From positions 224,001-288,000 of the forward strand of contig CAVQXP010000004.1 of assembly GCA_963717935.1 (NCBI GenBank): DNA of 64,000 nucleotides, given 5' to 3'. This document shows positions 39,397 through 48,787 of this stretch, piece by piece. Both the position numbers and the translations under genes were made by a program. The notes beneath the pieces are model-generated. The model saw nothing but the letters and a program-made list of their open reading frames with translations, made no database searches and was not told the origin of the DNA. Each line of letters starts with the position of its first letter. Position 1 is the first letter of the stretch. Source of the stretch: Candidatus Eiseniibacteriota bacterium. Its GTDB lineage: Bacteria > Eisenbacteria > RBG-16-71-46.

Positions 39397-42270
39397 CTAT
39401 CCCCTGGCTCCGCCCGCCGCGGTCTTCGCCGGCTGCGTCCCGCCCTCCGCCGCGCGCTTGAGCGTCAGGAAGACGCGCTCGGGATCCAGCGGCAGCTCGA
39501 AGAACTCCACGCCGGTGGCGTTCGAGACCGCGTTGCCCACCGCGCCCGGCACCGAGATCATCGAGTGCTCGGCCACGCCGCGCGCGCCGTAGGGTCCCTG
39601 CGGATGCGGCGTCTCGACGAAGAACTGCTGCATCACCGCCGGGATGTCCTTCGCGGTCGGGATCTTGTAGTCCGTGAACGAATTGTTGAGCAGCCGGCCG
39701 TTCTGGAACACGAACTTCTCCATCACCGCCGAGCCCAGCCCCTGCACCACGCCGCCGATCACCTGCATGCGGCACTGCTGCAGGTTCAGCACCTTGCCCG
39801 CGTCGAAGGCCGAGACGAGCTTGAGCACCTGGATGTGACCGGTGTCGGTGTCCACCTCGAGCTCGACGGCGTGCGCACCGTAGGTCCAGTTGAGCGCCGG
39901 CAGTCCCTGGCCCGTCTGCGGGTCGAGGTTCGTGAGGCCGGTCGCGATGTAGCGGCCCTTGCCGATCACCGGCCCGCCGATGCTGCTGCCATCCGGGTAG
40001 GTGTAGCCCAGCACGAGCTGGCTGTAGTCGAGCGTGCGGGCGGGCTTGCCCTTCACCCAGACCTTGCCGTCGCCGCACTCGATCTGCTCGGGCGGGGCAT
40101 GGAGCGCCTGCCCGGCGACGCTGCGGATCTGGTCGAGGCACTCCTTCGCCGCCTGGATGACGGCGTTCCCGCCCATCACCGAGAAGCGGCTCGCCACCGT
40201 CTGCCAGTCGTAGGGCGTGTAGTCGGTGTCGCTGTCCCACGGCACGCGCACCTTCTCGAGCGGGAGCCGCAGCTCGTCCGCCGCGATCTGCGCGAGCGCG
40301 GTGTAGGTGCCCTGGCCGTAGTCCACGCCGCTCACCAGCAGGTTCGCCGAGCCGTCGCCGTTGAACAGGATGGTGACCGCGCACGAGGTGTAGGTCGGCA
40401 TGGCGGGCGCCTTGTGCAGCATCGCCACGCCCTTCGCCCGCACCTTGCCCGAGCCCGGCGCGACCGGTCTGGCGGCGCGCACCTTCGGATTCCAGCCGAT
40501 CGCCTCGGTGACGAGCCGCAGGCACTCCTCGGGCCGGCCGTGGCCCGGGGTGAACTCCTCGCCGGTGATGGTGGTCTCGCCCACGCGCAGCAGGTTCTTC
40601 CGGCGGAACTCGACCGGATCCAGGCCCAGCGCGAGCGCCACCATGTCCATGTTCCGCTCGATGCCCCACAGCACCTCGAGGTGGCCGAAGCCGCGGTAGG
40701 CGGTGCCGTGGATCTTGTTGGTGTAGACCACCAGCGAGTCGAGCTTGCAGTTCGGGATCACGTACGGCCCGGCGCCGGAGTAGGCCGCCGCGCGCCCGAC
40801 GTTGACGCCGTAGTCGGCGAAGGCGCCGGCATCCCACAGGTAGGTGACGTCGAGCGCGGTGATGCGCCCGTCCTTCGTGACCCCGGTCTTGATGGTGCTC
40901 TGCAGTCCCTGGCGCGAGGGCAGGGTGTTGAACTCCTCCTCGCGCGTGGCGCTGATCTTCACCGGACGCCCGCCCGCCGCCTTCGACAGGCAGTAGACCA
41001 GCGGCTCGAGGTGGATGCCCGCCTTGCCGCCGAAGCCGCCGCCGACGTAGGGCACCCTCACGCGCACCTTGCCCGGCGCCATGCCGAACGTGCGGCAGAA
41101 CAGCGTCCGCACGGTGAACGGCGACTGGGCCGAGGTGATGATCTCGACCTCGCCGTCGGCGCGCGCGGTGGCGATGGCCACGTGCGTCTCCATCGGCACG
41201 TGCTGCACCGGCGGGTTCTGGAAGTGGAACTCGAAGACGCGGTCCGCCCGGGCCATGCCCTGCTCGACGTCGCCCTTGCGGATCTTCTGGTGGTGGGCGA
41301 TGTTGCGGCCCGGCTCCGGGAAGAACACGCCCTTCATCCACGAGTAGTCCGCCAGGCCCGGATGCACCTGCGGCGCGCCGTCCTTCAGCGCCGCGTGCAC
41401 GTCGAGCACCGGTTCCAGCACCTCGTACTCGACCTCGATCGCCAGCGTGGCGAGCTTGGCCTGGATCCAGGTATCGGCCGCCACCGCCGCGACGGCCTCG
41501 CCCTGGTGGTGCACCACGCCGCGGGCGAGGATGTCCTTGTCCTCCATGTAGAGCCCGAGCTTGTAGGGCAGGTCGGCGCCGGTGAGCACCGCCTTCACCC
41601 CCGGCATCGCCTTCGCCTTCGACACGTCGATGCGCCGGATGCGCGCCGAGGCATGCGGCGAGGTCAGGATGCGGCCGTGCAGCATCCCGTCCAGCGTCAG
41701 GTCGTGCACGAACATCGCCGAGCCCGTCACCTTCGCCGCCGCGTCCACGCGGTTGACCTCGCCGCCCACGTAGGGCGCCGTGGGCGCGGGCTTGGCGCGG
41801 TAGCCGCCCTTCGCCACGGCCTCGACCGCGTCGATGATCGGCTCGTAGCCGGTGCAGCGGCAGTAGTTCCCCGAGAGCGCCTCGACGATCTCGTCGCGGG
41901 TCGGCTTCGGGTTCCGCTTCAGCAGCGCGCGGGCGGAGGCGAGCATGCCCGGGGTGCAGAAGCCGCACTGGATGGCGCCGTGGTCCACGAACGCCTGCTG
42001 CAGCACGGAGAGCGTGCCGGGCTCGCCGTTCTCGGCCTCCGCGGTCTCGATCACCGCGCCGTCGGCCTCGACCGCGAACACCAGGCAGGAATTCACCGGC
42101 TTGCCGTTCAGGATCACGGTGCACAGTCCGCACTCGCCGATGTAGCAGCCCGACTTCACGCTGTGCTGGTGCAGGTCCTCCGTCAGCAGCTGGTGCAGCG
42201 TCCGGTTCGCCGGGACCTCGAGGGTGGAGGTCTCGCCGTTCACCGTCAGGGTGATCGGGTAGAGACTCAT
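39397..42270 (-). CDS. Xanthine dehydrogenase family Mo-hydroxylase, fused 2x[2Fe-2S] and molybdopterin subunit
   Basis: GCYIGECGLC, QCGFCTPG, CRCTGY; GGGFGGK, AYRGFG, DYGQG, GGVVQG, DYKIPT, ARGVAE. Confidence 0.92.
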   Translation of the reverse strand: MSLYPITLTVNGETSTLEVPANRTLHQLLTEDLHQHSVKSGCYIGECGLCTVILNGKPVNSCLVFAVEADGAVIETAEAENGEPGTLSVLQQAFVDHGAIQCGFCTPGMLASARALLKRNPKPTRDEIVEALSGNYCRCTGYEPIIDAVEAVAKGGYRAKPAPTAPYVGGEVNRVDAAAKVTGSAMFVHDLTLDGMLHGRILTSPHASARIRRIDVSKAKAMPGVKAVLTGADLPYKLGLYMEDKDILARGVVHHQGEAVAAVAADTWIQAKLATLAIEVEYEVLEPVLDVHAALKDGAPQVHPGLADYSWMKGVFFPEPGRNIAHHQKIRKGDVEQGMARADRVFEFHFQNPPVQHVPMETHVAIATARADGEVEIITSAQSPFTVRTLFCRTFGMAPGKVRVRVPYVGGGFGGKAGIHLEPLVYCLSKAAGGRPVKISATREEEFNTLPSRQGLQSTIKTGVTKDGRITALDVTYLWDAGAFADYGVNVGRAAAYSGAGPYVIPNCKLDSLVVYTNKIHGTAYRGFGHLEVLWGIERNMDMVALALGLDPVEFRRKNLLRVGETTITGEEFTPGHGRPEECLRLVTEAIGWNPKVRAARPVAPGSGKVRAKGVAMLHKAPAMPTYTSCAVTILFNGDGSANLLVSGVDYGQGTYTALAQIAADELRLPLEKVRVPWDSDTDYTPYDWQTVASRFSVMGGNAVIQAAKECLDQIRSVAGQALHAPPEQIECGDGKVWVKGKPARTLDYSQLVLGYTYPDGSSIGGPVIGKGRYIATGLTNLDPQTGQGLPALNWTYGAHAVELEVDTDTGHIQVLKLVSAFDAGKVLNLQQCRMQVIGGVVQGLGSAVMEKFVFQNGRLLNNSFTDYKIPTAKDIPAVMQQFFVETPHPQGPYGARGVAEHSMISVPGAVGNAVSNATGVEFFELPLDPERVFLTLKRAAEGGTQPAKTAAGGARG

Positions 42271-43121
42271 GACGCCCTCCCCGCGCCGAGCAGCCGGCGC
42301 GCGAGCCGGCGGCACAGCAGCGCGGTCATCTCGCGCCGATACTCGGCCGAGGCCCGCACGTCGTCGATCGGCTGGATGTGCTCCACGGCCAGCGCCGCGA
42401 GGCGCTCGCCGACGTCCTTCGGGTCCGACTTGGGCCCGACGCCCGTGAGCGCCGGCACCAGCGCCGGCCGCACGGCGCACGAACCGATCGCCACGCGCAG
42501 CGTGCCCGCCGCCGGGTCGAAGGCCGCCGCCGAGTTCACGATCGCCAGGTCGTGCCCGCAGGTGCGCTTGATCTTGTCGAAGGCGCTCGCGAGCCCCTTC
42601 GCCGGCTTCGGCACGATCACCGCCGTCACCAGCTCCCCGGGAGCGAGCGCGGTCTTCTTCACGCCCAGGAAGAAGTCCGAGAGCGGCGCCTCCCGCGTCC
42701 CCTGAGAACCCACGACGCGCAGCCGCCCGTCCAGCACGAGCAGCGGCGGGGCGGTGTCCATGCAGGGCGAGGCGTTCGAGAGGTTCCCCGCGACCGTGGC
42801 CCGCCAGCGGATCTGCAGCGAGCCGATCGCCTCCGCCCCCTCCGCGAGCGCCGTGAAGACCTCGCGGATGCGGGCGTCCTCGGCGACGTCCTGCACCCGC
42901 ACGCAGGCGCCGATCTCCAGGTCGCCCGCGGGCGTCCAGCGGACGGTCCCCAGCTCGGGGATGCGCTTGATGTCCACCAGCACGGTGGGTTGCGGACCGC
43001 CGCGCAGCGCGATCATCAGGTCGGTCCCGCCGGCCAGGATCCTCGCGCCTCCGCCGGCCCCGGCCAGCAGCGCGGTGGCCTCGGCCACCGTGCCCGGTCT
43101 CTCGTAGCGGAAGCCACTCAT
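42267..43121 (-). CDS. Xanthine dehydrogenase family FAD-binding subunit
   Basis: LAGGTDL, IGSLQIR, ATVAGNLSNASP, PIDDVRASAEYR. Confidence 0.92.
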   Translation of the reverse strand: MSGFRYERPGTVAEATALLAGAGGGARILAGGTDLMIALRGGPQPTVLVDIKRIPELGTVRWTPAGDLEIGACVRVQDVAEDARIREVFTALAEGAEAIGSLQIRWRATVAGNLSNASPCMDTAPPLLVLDGRLRVVGSQGTREAPLSDFFLGVKKTALAPGELVTAVIVPKPAKGLASAFDKIKRTCGHDLAIVNSAAAFDPAAGTLRVAIGSCAVRPALVPALTGVGPKSDPKDVGERLAALAVEHIQPIDDVRASAEYRREMTALLCRRLARRLLGAGRAS

Positions 43122-43203
43122 GGTCTCTTCTCCCCTGCGGCCTGCGACCCGGAGCGCCGGCGCTCCCGCGGTCGCGAGCGCCGCGGGGCACCGTGGCCTC
43201 CGG

Positions 43204-43542
43204 CTAGACGGCGGTGAAAACCAGCCCGGTGATGTCCTTGCCGTTGATCTCGCGCACCTTGCCGATGTGCGCCCGCACGCGCGCACCGGTCTTCGGCTCG
43301 GCGATCTCCAGCCGGCCGGTCGCACGCACGCCCATGTCCAGCTCGACGATGCCCAGCGTGACGTAGAGTTGAGCGTAGTCCAGCGGCAGCGCGTAGACGC
43401 GCGTCCAGGTCAGCAGCTTGCCCTCGCCCTCGACCGGCACCGGCTCGAACTGCGTGCCACCGCACGAGGGGCAGTAGAAGTGCGTCGGATACGAGAGCTT
43501 GCCGCACTTCTTGCACTTCGCGGCTTCGACGTCCATCGCCAT
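43204..43542 (-). CDS. DUF35 Zn-ribbon/OB-fold protein (thiolase partner)
   Basis: KCKKCG..YP..YCPSCG, GEGKLLTWT, GIVELD. Confidence 0.88.
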   Translation of the reverse strand: MAMDVEAAKCKKCGKLSYPTHFYCPSCGGTQFEPVPVEGEGKLLTWTRVYALPLDYAQLYVTLGIVELDMGVRATGRLEIAEPKTGARVRAHIGKVREINGKDITGLVFTAV

Positions 43543-43543
43543 G

Positions 43544-44731
43544 TCACACCCCCCGCTTCAGGACGGTGGCGACGACGTTGTTGCCGAAACCGCCGAAGTT
43601 CACGGCGAAACCGTGCTTCGGCTGGTTCGGCACCTGGTAGTCACCCGCCTCGCCGCGCAGCTGCAGCGTGAGCTCCACGATCTGCGACACGCCGGTGTTG
43701 CCCACGGGATGCCCGCGGGACTTGAGCCCCCCCGACGGATTGATGGGCAGCTTCCCGCCGATCTGCGTCTCGCCCCGCTCGAGCGCCTTGTGGCCCTCGC
43801 CCTTCTTGAAGAAGCCGGCCTCCTCGCTCTCGACGATCTCGAGGATGGTGAAGGCGTCGTGCAGCTCGGCGACGTGGATGTCCTTCGGGGCCAGCTTCGC
43901 CATGGCGAACGCCCGCTCCGCCGCGAGCCGCACCGCGGTCAGCTCGGTCGGGTCGGGCCGGTCCTGCACCGCCTGCGAGTCGGTCGCCTGGCCCATGCCG
44001 GCGATCAGCACCGGCGTCTTCTTGAACTCCTTCGCCATCGCGGCCGGGGCCAGCAGCACCGCCGAGGAGCCGTCGCTCACCGGGCAGCAGTCGAAGAACC
44101 GCAGCGGCTCGGCGATCCACGGGTTGTTGTTGAGCGCGTCCGGCCCGGTCAGGATGCCCTCCATCGTGACCGGGATGCGCAGGTGGGCCTTCTTGTTCTT
44201 CGCGCCGTTGAGGTGGTTCTTGATCGCCACCATCGCCAGGTGCCGGGACTCGACCCCGTAGCGCTCCATGTACAGGCGCGTGAACATCCCCGCCAGCGCG
44301 GGCAGCGTCACGCCGTAGACGTACTCGGCGTAGCGGTGCGAGAGGAACGAGACGAACTCGGTCGCCTCGAAGTTGTTGACCTCCTGCATGCGCTCGCCGC
44401 CGCACACCAGCACGAGGTCGCAGTACCCCGAGGCGACGGAGTGGACGCCGTGCTTGATGGCCGAGGCGCCCGAGGCCGGGCCGTTCTCGATGGTCTCGGA
44501 GACCGTGTGCGGGTACAGGTTCATCCGGTCCACCAGCCCGCTGGACAGGCCGGCCATGCGGTTGTTGCGCGGCGCGCCCATGTTGGCGACGTAGACCGCG
44601 TCGATCTTCCGTTCGCCGACGCCGGCGTCCACGAGGGCGTCGTTCGACGCCTCGCACATCATCTTGAGCAGGCTCCATTGCGCCCGCCCGAACTGGGTCG
44701 AGCCCACGCCGACGATGGCCACGTCCCTCAT
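43544..44731 (-). CDS. SCP-x type thiolase-like protein lacking the nucleophilic Cys
   Basis: VAIVGVG.T.FG, ENGPASG (in place of ENACASG), CCPVSDG, AELHDAFT, NPSGGL..RGHPVG. Confidence 0.88.
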   Translation of the reverse strand: MRDVAIVGVGSTQFGRAQWSLLKMMCEASNDALVDAGVGERKIDAVYVANMGAPRNNRMAGLSSGLVDRMNLYPHTVSETIENGPASGASAIKHGVHSVASGYCDLVLVCGGERMQEVNNFEATEFVSFLSHRYAEYVYGVTLPALAGMFTRLYMERYGVESRHLAMVAIKNHLNGAKNKKAHLRIPVTMEGILTGPDALNNNPWIAEPLRFFDCCPVSDGSSAVLLAPAAMAKEFKKTPVLIAGMGQATDSQAVQDRPDPTELTAVRLAAERAFAMAKLAPKDIHVAELHDAFTILEIVESEEAGFFKKGEGHKALERGETQIGGKLPINPSGGLKSRGHPVGNTGVSQIVELTLQLRGEAGDYQVPNQPKHGFAVNFGGFGNNVVATVLKRGV

Positions 44732-45477
44732 ATGCGGGCCTCCAGCGTGTGCTCGATCTGCGTCAGCATCACGCGCAGGTCCGGCTCGCGCAGCGGGTAG
44801 GACTTCGCCAGCAGCTCGGCGGAGACCGGGCGCGTGCCCGTGACCAGCCGCGACTTGGCCTTGAAGTAGGTGTCGCGCGTCAGCACCCAGGCGGGCGCGC
44901 CGCCCAGCTCGTGCTGCACCTCGAACTTCTTGTCGAGCGGGTACTCGATCATCCAGCGCCGGTGGCCGATCGGGCTCTCGGCCACGATCCAGACCTCGTC
45001 CTGGCCCAGGTACTCGATGTGGTGCTCCATCTTCGAGGCGAAGAGGTGCGAGCCCACGCGCAGGCCGCGCTTGAGGGTCAGCGTGTGGAACGAGACGCCG
45101 TGCTTCTCGTCCCAGAGCCGGCCGTTCACGATGCCGGCCAGCACGCCGTCGATCACGCCGACCAGGCAGTACTCGTCGCGCACGCGGTGCGTCTTCCAGC
45201 CCAGCAACTCGGCGAACAGGCGGGCCGAGACGATGTCGTAGTAGTCGCGATTCAGCCAGGAGAGCGGCTGGATGACCTTGAGCATCGTGTCCACCTCGTC
45301 CACCGAGGCCTGGCGCACGACCATGGTCTCGCCACTCGCCAGCAGGACGGCCTTGGGGGGATAAGGGGCCATGGGCAGCGCGGGTGGGCGCAGCATGGCC
45401 TCGAGTTCGTCGATCATGCGCTCCTCCTCGGAGGTGAGGTATTCGCCAGCATCCCAGTCGTAGACAGGGGGGCTCAT
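44728..45477 (-). CDS. GNAT-fold N-acetyltransferase-like protein
   Basis: MVVRQAS.DE..., CLVGVIDG.LAGIV, HTLTLKRGLRVG (resembles acetyl-CoA-binding motif A). Confidence 0.6.
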   Translation of the reverse strand: MSPPVYDWDAGEYLTSEEERMIDELEAMLRPPALPMAPYPPKAVLLASGETMVVRQASVDEVDTMLKVIQPLSWLNRDYYDIVSARLFAELLGWKTHRVRDEYCLVGVIDGVLAGIVNGRLWDEKHGVSFHTLTLKRGLRVGSHLFASKMEHHIEYLGQDEVWIVAESPIGHRRWMIEYPLDKKFEVQHELGGAPAWVLTRDTYFKAKSRLVTGTRPVSAELLAKSYPLREPDLRVMLTQIEHTLEARI

Positions 45478-45636
45478 CGAAGGCTCCAGGCTGAAACGGG
45501 TCGCCCGCCCAGAGGGGACCGGGAGGGCGGAAGAGAACCGGATAACACTTCCACGTCGCGGCCGCAACGACAAGGGGACTTTCGGACCGTCCCGGGGCCC
45601 CCATCGGGCGGCTGTGGCCGGCGCGACTCCGCAGGA

Positions 45637-46533
45637 TCAGCGCAGGAACAACACCACGACCCCCGCCACCGCCACCAGCGCGCCGGCCAGGGTCCGCAGG
45701 GTCAGGCGCTCCCCGTGGAAGCGGGACGAGAGCAGCAGGGTGAGCACCGGGTAGATGGCGGTGATGGAGGCGGCCACGCCGGCCTCGATGTACTTGAGCG
45801 CGGTGAGCGACAGGGTCACGCCGAGGAACGGCCCGAAGAAGGCGCCGCCCACCATGAAGGCAGAGCCCGCTCGGTCGCGCAGCGCGTCGAACGAGCGGCG
45901 CACGTCGCGCTGCGCCGCCGCCAGCAGCCAGATGCCGACCGCGGCCGCCACGATGCGGACCACGGTCGCCGAGAGCGGGTCGAGCCCCGTGCGCAGGGCC
46001 AGCTTCGAGAGGACGTAGCCGCCCGCCTGCCCCACCGCGGCCAGCACGCCCGCCACCACCCCCACCAGGATCGAGCCCTCGATGTGAGCCTGCGCCGGGT
46101 GCTCCTGCTCCCAGATGACCCAGGCGATGCCACCCAGCGTGAGCGCCATGCCGAGCAGGATGAGCGGCCCGGGATGCTCGCCCAGCAGCGGCCAGGCGAG
46201 GAGTGCGGTGAAGATGGGCGCGGTCGAGGTGACGAGCGCCGCCCGGCCGGGGCCGAGGATGACGAGCGAGCGGAAGTAGTAGGTGTCGCCGAATACGAAG
46301 CCCACCAGCCCGCTCACCGCGAGCAACCCGACCGCCCACGGGGTCGCCCACACGGGCCAGGGGGAGCCGCGCAGGAAGAACAGCGCGGTGCACAGGAGCC
46401 CGGCGGCCACGGTGATGCGCAGCCGGTTGAGCACGACCGAGCCCATGCGCTGGCCGGCGGCCGCGAAGAAATTGGAGCCGGCCGCCCAGCACGTGGCGGT
46501 GCCGAGGGCGGCGAACTCGCCGGCGAATCTCAC
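45637..46533 (-). CDS. DMT/EamA family transporter
   Basis: Ten TM segments in two EamA-like repeats; SGLVGFVFGD, PIFT, GE. Confidence 0.88.
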   Translation of the reverse strand: MRFAGEFAALGTATCWAAGSNFFAAAGQRMGSVVLNRLRITVAAGLLCTALFFLRGSPWPVWATPWAVGLLAVSGLVGFVFGDTYYFRSLVILGPGRAALVTSTAPIFTALLAWPLLGEHPGPLILLGMALTLGGIAWVIWEQEHPAQAHIEGSILVGVVAGVLAAVGQAGGYVLSKLALRTGLDPLSATVVRIVAAAVGIWLLAAAQRDVRRSFDALRDRAGSAFMVGGAFFGPFLGVTLSLTALKYIEAGVAASITAIYPVLTLLLSSRFHGERLTLRTLAGALVAVAGVVVLFLR

Positions 46534-46594
46534 GGGACGCCCCGGGGCGCGTGGGGGGCGCGGCGGCCGAAACCGCTCGCGGAGTGGCTCGGAC

Positions 46595-46978
46595 TCAAGA
46601 GCGCGGCAGGCCCGCGGACGCGGACTTCACCTCGAGGATGTGGTTCTTCTCGTCCACCAGCACGACGCGCGGCTTGAAGCCGGTCACCTCCGCCTCATCG
46701 AGGGAGGCGTAGGCCGCCACGATCAGACGGTCGCCGGCATTCGCGAGCCGCGCGGCGGCGCCCATCACGCAGATGGTGCCCGAGCCGCGCGGAGCCTTCA
46801 CGACGTAGGTCGAAAAGCGCTGGCCGGTGTTGACGTTGTAGATGTCCACGCGCTCGTACTCGTGCAGGTCGGCCGCCTCGAGCAACGTCTCGTCCACCGC
46901 GCAGGAGCCCTCGTAGTGCAGCTCGGTCTGCGTGACCGTGACGCGATGGAGCTTGGACTTGAGGAGCGTGCGCAACAT
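46595..46978 (-). CDS. panD: Aspartate 1-decarboxylase
   Basis: [19 protein letters not shown] cleavage site, GQRFSTY, GAAARL. Confidence 0.95.
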   Translation of the reverse strand: MLRTLLKSKLHRVTVTQTELHYEGSCAVDETLLEAADLHEYERVDIYNVNTGQRFSTYVVKAPRGSGTICVMGAAARLANAGDRLIVAAYASLDEAEVTGFKPRVVLVDEKNHILEVKSASAGLPRS

Positions 46979-47094
46979 GGGAATCCGCCTCCGTTGGGGA
47001 GGACAAAGGTACCCGAGACCGGGCTTCGGACGCCAACCGGCCACGCCGTGGCGCGATTCAGGCGTGCGGGGGACCGCGTCCGCCCTGGAGAAGC

Positions 47095-47131
47095 GGGGGG
47101 CCCACGGAGCGCGAGACCCCGTGGACCCCCC
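47095..47131. terminator. GC-rich hairpin downstream of pepT
   Basis: GGGGGGCCCACGG...CCGTGGACCCCCC imperfect inverted repeat. Confidence 0.4.
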
Positions 47132-47153
47132 GAACCCTCTGCGGCGGGCCCGG

Positions 47154-48412
47154 CTAAGCCCGCTCCTCCCACACCCGTCGCGATGTTGACGATCACCTCG
47201 ACCGCCTTCCCCATGTCCTGGACCGAGATCCACTCGAGCCGCGAGTGGAAGTTGTGCTCGCCGGCGAAGACGTTCGGCGTCGGCAGGCCCATGAACGAGA
47301 GCCGCGAGCCGTCGGTGCCGCCCCGGATGGCCTGCTCGCGCAACTCGAGGCCCGAGCGGCGCACCGCCTCGCGCGCGTTCTCGACCACCTGCGGGTACTT
47401 GTCGAGCACTTCCTTCATGTTGCGGTAGGACTCCTCGACCTTGCAGACGACGGAGGCGCCCGGCCAGGCCGCGACGGTCTCCTTCGCCAGCTTCTCGAGG
47501 AAGTCCTCCTTGGTCTTCAGCTCCGCGGTGACGAAGTCGCGGATCAGGAACTTGACCGAGGTCTTCTCGACCGCGGCATCGATCACGTACGGATGGACGA
47601 AACCTTCGCGCTTCTCGGTCGTCTCGGGCGAGAGCCGGTCCTTGGGCAGCCGCGAGACGAAATCAGCCGCGATCTTGATGGAGTTGATCAGGCGTCCCCT
47701 GGGCGAAGCCGGGGTGCGTGTTGAAGCCCTCGAACGTGATGGTCATCGAGTCCGCCGAGAAGGTCTCCATCTCGACCTCGCCCAGCTCCTCGCCGTCCAT
47801 GGTGTAGGCGCAGAAGGCGCCGAAGCGCTTCACGTCGAAGTGCCTGGTCCCGCCGCCCACCTCCTCGTCGGGGGTGAAGCCGAGGCGGATCGCGCCGTGC
47901 GCGATCTCCGGGTGCTGCATCAGGTACTCCGCCGCCGCCACGATCTCGGCCACGCCCGCCTTGTTGTCCGCGCCCAGGAGCGTCTTGCCCGAGGCCGTGA
48001 TGATGTCGTTGCCCTTCTGCCGCAGGAGCATCGGGTTGTCCTTGAGCCGCAGCACCGCCGTCGGGTCGTCGGGCAGCACGATGTCCCCGCCCTGCCAGTT
48101 GCGGTGGATGATCGCCTTCACGTTCGCGCCGTCCGCCTCGGGCGACGTGTCCACGTGCGCGATGAAGCCGACGACCGGGACGTTCGCCTTCTTCGTCGTG
48201 GCCGGCACCGTCGCGAAGACGTAGCCGTGCTCGTCGCGCGTGGCGTCCTTGAGTCCGATCTCCCGCAGTTCCTCGACCAGCCTGTCCAGCAGCACGAGTT
48301 GCTTCGCCGTGCTCGGATATGTCTCCGAGTTCTCGTCGGACTGCGTGTCGTAAGTGATGTAGCGCAGGAAGCGCTCGAGCTCGGTGGTCTTGAGCGGGGG
48401 GTTCGAGGGCAT
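47154..48412 (-). CDS. pepT: Peptidase T (M20B), two +1 frameshifts (about 47697 and 47178)
   Basis: [57 protein letters not shown]; restoring the frame gives C-terminus IARVWEERA* at 47154. Confidence 0.9.
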
Positions 48413-48476
48413 GGCAGGACTCCTGGGTTGGGCAGGTCGTTCGTGAAAGCAGATGGGCTCAGGCTAGTCGAGCCCC

Positions 48477-48755
48477 ACCGGCAGAGGCAAATGCCGCACG
48501 CGCGCGCCGAGCACGCGGGACCCGGGGATGGCGGTGGGCGAGCGCATGGTGCCTCTGCTCGCCAACCGGCAGAGGCAAGCGCCGCGCGCGCGCCGCGCAA
48601 GCGGGACCCGGGGGTGGTGGTTGGCGAGCGCATGGTGCCTCTGCTCGCCAACCGGCAGAGGCAAACGCCGCGCGCGCCGCGCAAGCGGGACCCGGGGGTG
48701 GTGGTTGGCGAGCGCATGGTGCCTCTGCTCGCCAACCACCACCCCCGGGTCCCGC
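48477..48755. repeat. Three tandem 84-88 bp palindromic units ending in a perfect 29-bp hairpin (REP/BIME-like)
   Basis: Units 48477-48564, 48565-48650, 48651-48734; arms 48685-48713 and 48727-48755 are exact reverse complements. Confidence 0.9.
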
Positions 48756-48787
48756 ACCACCCGTCCGCACCGGTCCGCGCCGGACGG

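Noticed and set aside
39397..43121. Aerobic CO dehydrogenase (CoxLMS)
   Set aside because: The active-site loop is AYRGFG, not the AYxCSFR of form I CODH, and no cox accessory genes are present.
43544..46492. 982-aa thiolase ORF and similar N-terminal extensions (35468-37519, 36403-38406, 39397-43191, 49246-51849)
   Set aside because: The extensions run out of frame through upstream genes. True starts were reassigned from the family N-terminus and, where present, an RBS.
48477..48755. Possible CRISPR array
   Set aside because: The units are near-identical over their whole length with no unique spacers, and there are no cas genes.
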